Of a stretch of 64,000 bases of DNA, positions 55,620-64,000 are shown in pieces. Within the stretch, counting starts at the first letter, position 1. The number at the start of each line of letters is the position of its first letter. The stretch is from Octopus vulgaris (taxonomy: Eukaryota), in the NCBI GenBank assembly GCA_951406725.2, contig OX597831.1, forward strand, positions 62,744,001 to 62,808,000, written 5' to 3'. The position numbers were made by a program, and so were the translations under genes. A model generated the notes under the pieces. It was not told the origin of the DNA. It was given only the letters and a program-made list of their open reading frames with translations, and did not search any database.

Positions 55620-56220
55620 AGGCAAGCGTCTCAGGAGGCAGTAGGGTGGGTCCGGTTGTTATACAGCTACTGCTAGCTATGCTGCAAAACAAAAATGGTA
55701 ATGACATTGTACCAATGGTACCACATGGATTGTAAAAAGAAATGCAGCAGTGCCAAAGACTAATTATTGATAGATGAAATGGTAGTAAAAGATTGTAAAC
55801 AAAAGAAGACAAATTTAGGAATGGCTGGATTGATTACGGCAAAACTTACAATATGATTCCCCATTCGTGGAGTACTTGGATACGTTTGAAATTGTAAGGA
55901 ATGTAACATGCTTTCTGAAGAAATGCATGGAGGGCTTCAAATCTCAGTTGTTATCGTACGGACAAAGCTTGGGCACTCTGGGCATGACGACAGGTATTTT
56001 ACACGCAGATAGCTTATCTCTGTGCATTTTGGACAATGAATGAAACTTCTGACATTGGTGCTGAATAAAATAGACCGGGAATATCATTTCAAGGGGAAAA
56101 TACTGAGTGCCAATCATCATTGATAATATAAAGCTGTGGCAAGAATGAGATACAAGTAAGACACTTGTTGAATTTTCCCTACTATTTCATTGCTGATGTT
56201 CAGATGGAATTCGGATAAAA
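55620..56220 (+). mobile_element. Degraded R4/Dong-like RT fragment
   Basis: WIDYGKTYNMIPHSW and TGILHADSLS resemble WIDYxKAYDxVPHSW and RGIFQGDSLS. Confidence 0.6.
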
Positions 56221-56564
56221 GACCAGCAGTTTTAGGGGAGGCGGTTTTCAGCCCCTGCATTCATGTCTGTTCTCCGATTAGGCCCGAAAAAGCCCTTACG
56301 AACTGAAAGCAGTCCAAAGGCAAAATGCCCTATACCCCACTTTTGTCCAAATAAACTGGTCTAAGAGAGGTAACCCGTCCTCGCTGACATGGAGTGTTTA
56401 TTCTTTGGTGATTTAGTAACAAATTGACTGTAACAGATTGCTGCTCCCCATAGATGAAGAGTTACACTTGTTTTCAACTTTAGAATCAGGCGAGCCGTCC
56501 ACGTGGCAAAGCCCTTTGTAGATGCGAAACCATTGGTCACTCTATGATCGAACATAGATTTAAT

Positions 56565-56619
<55 letters not shown>

Positions 56620-57683
56620 TTATTAATCCGAGGGGAGGCAATGTCAGCAACAACTAAAGGAACATTACAAAATCCACAGAAAGATCAAACACATACATAT
56701 ATTCATATATTCATTTATATCTACAGAACAGATATAAAGTCGGACGTTTAAAAGTTTAGTAATATATAAATATATAAACACCATATAAAAATAACTATAT
56801 AAGAATCAATGTTGCATATATAACACATTCAATTTACGCTTAAAATCATAAAACATTAAATTAAAAATTTGGGGTAATAAAACACACAATGACATATTAA
56901 AATGACGTATTAAAATTCCAGAGAAAAATACAGAAAAGATAAATATACAAAATTACAAAAATACATAATTTTGTATATTTATCTCTCAGTAGCTAATTCT
57001 AATTTTCGCTAGATTATGGGGAAATGTATCGACATTATCCGGTCCTGGATCTTATATAAGAGACACCTATGCATCCTATACCCTTAGAACTGCATACTAC
57101 ATGTGAACTATTGAACACGAAGGTGAAAGTAGATAGAGTTTACAGATTTATTAGCAGATTGATACCACAGAAAATTATATATCAATAAATGACAGAAAAC
57201 AGAAAACAGTTCTCATGAAGCCTCGGTGATCGAATATTTATAGTCTATAGAACGCACACAGTAAAGCGGTATTCGAAAACTACTAAAAATTCAGGGAGAC
57301 GATACTAAATTTTAATGAGAATAAATAGCACATTCACGATAATTTCTTTAGCTTCGTCAATAAGTTTTCCTATTTGCATAAATAATATATTTTATTTTAC
57401 CAATTAATCTTTTCATTAAATAACTTCATTTTTTATTGATTATTACATCTCATTCAACTACTCTGTGATTTATTGATCGAATATTGCAAAGCTATTATAT
57501 CCATTTGTAACATTGAGATATGTCTCGAAACCCCTGTAAAATAGTTATATTTCAGAAATTAGAAGCGCAATAATTACATTTTTCTTCCTGTAGTCTGCCA
57601 AATTTCCATACGTTTTAAATGCAAGAAGATCCTATAAATAACTTTCTAAGTTAGTGAGAGAGTCGTTAGTGTGAACCGATACT

Positions 57684-58272
57684 AAGGCGGGGAGCTGGTA
57701 GAAACGTTAGCACGCCGAGCGAAATGCTTAGCAGTATTTCGTCTGCCGTTACATTCTGAGTTCAAATTCCGACGCGGTCGACTTTACCTTTCATCCTTTC
57801 GGAGTCGATAAATTAAGTACCAGTAATGCACTGGGGTCGATGTAATCAGCTTAATCCCTTTTTCTGTCCTTGTTTGTCCCCCTCTATGTTTAGCTCCTTG
57901 TGGACAATAAATAAATAAGAAACGTTAGCCCGCCGGGAGAAATGCTTAGCGGTATTCCGTTCTTTACGTTCTGAGTTCAAATTCCGCCGAGGTCGATTTT
58001 GCCCTTCATCCTTTCAGGCTCGATAAATTAAGTACCAGTTATGCACTGGTAATCGACTTAATCCGTTTGTCTGTCCCTGTTTGTCCTTTCTGTGTTTAGC
58101 CCCTTGTGGGTAGTAAAGAAATAGGTATTCCGTCTGTGTTTACGTTCTGAGTTCAAATTCCGCCGAGGTCGATTTCGCTTTTCATCCTTTCGGAGTTGAT
58201 AAATTAAGTACCAGTTGCGTACTAGAGTCGATTTAATCGACTCGCCTCCTACCCCAAAATTTCGGGCCTTGT
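57684..58272 (+). mobile_element. Tandem trimer of SINE family A
   Basis: ttctgagttcaaattcc…ttcatcctttc…aaattaagtaccag is repeated three times (~57753, ~57969, ~58145). Confidence 0.88.
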
Positions 58273-59177
58273 GCCTAGAGTAGAAAAGAATATTTTATAA
58301 AGAAACCAGCGTGAACCGATGCTTTGCGGATTTATGTTAATATTCAACACGTAAATCACCCGAATTGACGAGACACAATAAAATACGTCCCATTAATGTG
58401 CTGAGCGCATTGCTATTAGATTTTCCCATTCTATCTGAATCTGTGACCTGTAACAGCTTTACAAATAATTGCAACCCGGGCATGCTAGTGATAGAAACTC
58501 AAAGGCTTTGCAGTCTATAGTTTCGTCCGTTCTCACAATGGTTCAAATAAAGTGAAGACTGAATATGAATAACTGATAAGATATTCGATTAAATTTAGCC
58601 ACACTCCTACAACGGTAACATAAAATTATATTAGTTATCAAATAAAATACACTACACGTTTTATTTGTAATGAGGTGTATAGTTTAATATTCCACGTAAT
58701 TGCTTCAAATTTTTATTGTTTTGGGTCGATACACCTGGTTTGTTTATAACATCATTTAATATTTTCAGGGATGATAGCTTTCCATTTAACATTATATACT
58801 TAATAGCCCAACATCAGACGAATTGAAATAGAGAAATTTTAATTGGTTACCTTTGTAAATAAGGTTTTTTAACTTTTATCACCTATCACGTGTCAGTTGA
58901 TGTTCTCAGATTTCATTGTGAGTAAAATTAATCGTAATACTGTTTATAGTTGCCTTATTAATATATAAAAAAGTTAAGCTTTAAATATTTGCGTTTTTGT
59001 TCTTGCATTTAACGTAAATGTTTTTCTATCCAATTGGTGGCGTTTAAATTGCTGGAACATATGAAATATATCTTGTAAACGCTATTTCAATTTCCTGTAG
59101 CACCATGAGTGTTACATGTGTCCTATCGCAAATCCTTTAACTTTTTCTTTGTATATAATCACCAGAAAACACTATTT

Positions 59178-60012
59178 AGGAGAAAACCTTAACATGGAGA
59201 TGGTCTAGCGAATGGGACCTATGCCTGAACGTGTCAAAGTGCTGCCATCTGCCTGTTGGCCCTCTCCTGCAACTCAACTTGATTTCGAGCCGGGTCGTCT
59301 GCTGCTGGAGAGGACCGACCAGGTAAAGGACCTGGGTATCTTGGTGGATTCTTCCTTTTCGCCTTCGGTCCAGTGCGTCCATGCTGCCAACAAAGCACGC
59401 GGAGTTCTGTTTTTGATTCGACGGTCATTCGGAATGCTCACAGCAGCCATATTTCTACCGCTCTATGTCACGCTGGTGAGACCCATATTGGAGTACGGGA
59501 TTCAAGACTCTTCTCCTTATCTCCTCAAAGACATACATCATCTCGAAAGAGTCAAGAAGCTGGCTACCCGCATGGTTCTTGGTCTCAAGCATTTGTCTTA
59601 TGAAGAAAGGCTGAAGACGCTCGAACTTTATTCTCTAGAAAAACGACGACGCCGTAGTGATCTCATTCTCGCTCACAACATCATAAGCGGGAAGTGTAAC
59701 CTCTCGAAAGAGCTGTTCTTCACTCCTGCTCTAGTGCGTCGTCTGCGGGGTCACTCCGAAAAGCTCTATCTGCGACGATTCCATCTCAATCGAAGGAAAG
59801 GGGCTTTCTCCGTCCGGGTTGCGGATCCGTGTAATAAGCTGCCGGACGAGATAGTGAAGATGCCGACAACCGCTCGGTTCAAAGTCTCTCTTGACCAGAA
59901 ATGGCCTGAACTCATTGCATGAACACCCTCCCTGTACATAATTCCCTGTCCCCCTACATGGCCTTGCTCTTTACTTTTTGAGCCAAAAAAGTAACTTAAC
60001 TAACTTAACTTA
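59178..60012 (+). mobile_element. CR1-clade LINE 3' end with open RT C-terminal ORF (59212-59922)
   Basis: KDLGILVD, LYVTLVRPILEYG, LERV..ATRMV.GL..LSYEERL, SLEKRR.RSDL. Short taact(t) repeat tail. Confidence 0.9.
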
Positions 60013-60349
60013 GCTATTTCTGGAAATGAGCTGTTTTGATAAACAAATCGTTTACATTGCAACGAAACCGATGAGGGAGCCAGTTTAATATCGTGGGTAA
60101 TTTTTTTTAATGCTGCAAGCTATCAAACGGTCGAACATATAAATCGACTTCCAGCCGTTTGAAGAAAGGAAATCCACACGCACACATTACAGATGCATAC
60201 ATTTACAAAGGCACATACCCACACGACACAGTCACTAGCTCATATCCACACACACACTTACATATTCTCACATACACACACGCGCGCACGTGCACCTTCG
60301 TTTTGGGATCACCAATACTTAATTATCTACCATTCTTTCAACCTCATTG

Positions 60350-60724
<375 letters not shown>

Positions 60725-62619
60725 TTATATACTACGATAAGTAAATTGTCACCATTTCATATTTTTTATTTCGCGTACGCGCTCCATTTGTTTTTGAATT
60801 TGTCGACTACACAGTATAATAGGGTCAGGTGAGCACAGTCTGTGACGAAAACAGCACCATGACCCAATTCATTCAACCGGAATTTGGAAACTCTGTTCGA
60901 AACCGCTTAATTTTCAGGAATACAAAACTGAGTGATCAGTTAGAATTTTCTCTTTATTTCGAAAGTAGTAATACGGTGATCAAAAGGACGTTAGAAATAT
61001 GATTCATCTTTTAGAGCAACAGTTTATCTCATGCTCCACAGCCATCAGGATATTATTTATAAATATTGATTTTTAGTTTCGGCGCTCAAACATAAGAGAG
61101 AGAAATATGGGGTGACATTCTTTCCTTCATGGCATTTCTTGCCTATTATGGTTATCTCAGACCATAAATGAAAACACATTTTATGGATTAGCTGATGCGA
61201 TGTTTAGCTCTTGTTCTATGCATTTGATCATCCTAGTTGAAAATTAGAGTTTTAATTACAATGATATTTGAGATATAAAAACGTTTTGGTTGATTTAACT
61301 GACTGCCAAGCAGACGAAAGGAAACATCAAAATTATTTCAGAATTATTCTCGCTTCATAACTTCTCGTTGTCTATGTTGCTCTATATTCTTTAGGTTAAG
61401 ATAAATTAAATACCATTAGTTTATTGAAGCTTATGTATTTGATTCTAAATATTCCTCTTGTTTCTAGTAAGTAATCTCAATATGCTCCTTTATAGTCTCC
61501 ATTTGGTAAGTAGTAATATATATCTGTTTGTAGAGATTAACGATTTATCTCATTCAGGGTTTATAAAATCCTGATTAATACGATTTAATCTTTGCTAAAA
61601 GGCTGAGAAGTGAAACAAATCCTGATAATAAAAAAATATATTGAGATTTTTTATTTGTTATTTAATTGCATTCAGATTTTATTTTCAATCCTTTCAGAGA
61701 ATGTACCAAATATTTTTGTAAAATGCAGATTAATGTATATTGCTTGACTGTTCAATTTTCAGTCATTCGCCGATTTGAAATCTTTTAAGAAATATTTTCA
61801 TCTGCGACGTCAAAACCATTGTCTCTGGGCGGGATTTCAAACGATGCTACTATGAGACAATATTTTAATTTATTTAGAAACATATAATTCAACAATGGTT
61901 AACATGTTAATAATGTCTGATATCTTAATTTCTTAAGATCAATATTTTTGTCTCTTTGTTTTTACTATTCAGAGACTATATATACTTTTGTTAATTTTTT
62001 GTTCAAAGCGATTTCTGTATTTGTAAAAGAAAATCATTTTGAAGAAAACGCTACTTGTAGAAGCACTTGAAATATGGTAATGTCGAAAACTATAATTTCC
62101 GTATCAAAATTATGCGTACTAATTAGATACTAACAATTTGTAAATAAATAATGGTTAAGTAAAGTGAATATCATTCGGTTGCCAAATTCAAAACGGGTTT
62201 CTTGACAAAGGGCATATTCATCTCCTTCTAACAAAAGTGTCAAAAGTTCGGACAAGGTTAATGTGGCTGAATTAAATTTTTTTCTCATTTTTAACCCATA
62301 TACAAAGTAACGGTTTTTATGTCATTCCCGATAAAATGAGTACAAAATGTCAGTTAATCATTGAAAATGCTTTTCAGAACGTGCAATAGTGTCTAATTCA
62401 GATCAGGGGAAAATGCAAAAGTACATCTTCAAACTGTTTGCTTAAACGCATTTAAATTCAGTAAAAGTTTTAATTTAATGTTGTTGCCATTGTCGTAAAT
62501 ATCCGAATTGACAGTTCACTTACAAATTCAACGTGAGGACACTTGTTTTCATGGCAACGCAAACACTAAAAATATTCATACATATATACATACATATCTA
62601 CATACAGGCATATATATAA

Positions 62620-62668
<49 letters not shown>

Positions 62669-62752
62669 TATATATATACATATGTATACATACATATTTA
62701 TGCATATATATATATATATATTATATATATATATACATATATAGATATATAC

Positions 62753-62796
<44 letters not shown>

Positions 62797-62813
62797 TATA
62801 CATACATATATAT

Positions 62814-62852
<39 letters not shown>

Positions 62853-62859
62853 TATACAT

Positions 62860-62939
<80 letters not shown>

Positions 62940-62947
<8 letters not shown>

Positions 62948-63192
62948 ACGGAGCAAATCGACAACAAGAACAAATCAAAACTGCGAGGATGTGGTACATT
63001 ACATGCAAAGTATTAGTATGACGGTCAGAAAAGGAATGAAGGGGTGGATCGCCAACAATCAGCGTGTAGTTATATTTTGGAATGGTGGAAAAATTTCCCC
63101 AAATTAGCTGTTCCGAAGTCAGTCGGAAGGACAGGGGCCGGTGTGAGCGTGCGGTAAATAGTTAATAAAAAACAGAGAAAAAGAAGACAATA
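62940..63192 (-). mobile_element. Probable PLE-like tail fragment between microsatellites
   Basis: Minus strand ccttcattccttttctgaccgtcatactaatact resembles the 51927 element (ccttccttcctgagcgtccaataatact). No HHR core seen. Confidence 0.4.
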
Positions 63193-63255
63193 CATGCATA
63201 CATACATACATACATACATACATACACACATATACACACGCACACACACACACAT

Positions 63256-63315
<60 letters not shown>

Positions 63316-63344
63316 GCATATATGTATATACACATATATACACA

Positions 63345-63390
63345 ACTTGCTTACCAACCACATGACTCCGGGTTCAGTCCCACTGCGTCC
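63345..63390 (+). mobile_element. SINE family B head fragment
   Basis: cttgcttaccaaccacatgactccgggttcagtcccactgcgt matches 7151-7193. Confidence 0.7.
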
Positions 63391-63394
63391 CGTC

Positions 63395-63477
<83 letters not shown>

Positions 63478-63749
63478 GCCAAGCTAACGTGGCAGTCCAG
63501 ACAAACCTGCAAGTGGAAGCTGATGACCTTTCCTTTTCGATGGTTTTATGGACGCAGATTTGTGTGTCACTTAACTTGCTTGAGACGATGGCCTCTTCGA
63601 GCTAATTAACGTTCTATTTCTCAGGACTGCTACATGATCTTGGCGATAATTATTATTACCCAGTTCTGCTGCCGTATCTTTCCTTTAGAGAGATGATAAT
63701 GATAATGATGGTAATAAATATAATGATGATGTTGATGATAACAATAATG

Positions 63750-63842
<93 letters not shown>

Positions 63843-63889
63843 TATACAGTATATAGACAGATAGAAAAACGATAGACAGACAGATAGAG

Positions 63890-63950
<61 letters not shown>

Positions 63951-64000
63951 TCGAAATATGCGTGTAGGTGCGTGTGCGTGGGAGTGTAGACGTTCGTGAT

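Noticed and set aside
56365-56400. TCCTCGC motif suggestive of an HDV-like ribozyme
   Set aside because: P1, P2 and P3 pairings could not be built.
57684-58272. Regularly recurring repeats as a possible CRISPR-like array
   Set aside because: Units are ~200 bp SINE copies with no unique spacers, in a eukaryotic context.

Overview
AT-rich, microsatellite-saturated eukaryotic DNA with no recognisable host protein-coding gene. The SINE families and repeat landscape suggest an octopus (coleoid cephalopod) intergenic or intronic region; this is inference. Almost all listed ORFs are microsatellite artefacts. Supported features are: a near full-length but broken DD34D mariner with TIRs and TA TSD; fragments of CR1, RTE, R4/Dong and Penelope-like (GIY-YIG) retroelements; several tRNA-derived SINE families, many with 17-21 bp TSDs; two non-autonomous Helitrons; and several MITE/foldback elements. 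The most notable signal is a dispersed set of type I hammerhead ribozyme (HHR) motifs: six reasonable loci, one mirror copy and weaker candidates. Most have a palindromic stem III. They sit in short Penelope-like terminal segments that abut (TA)n tracts and often form inverted repeats, including a ~410 bp near-perfect palindrome with a hammerhead on each strand. All calls are by eye; no searches or folding were run.
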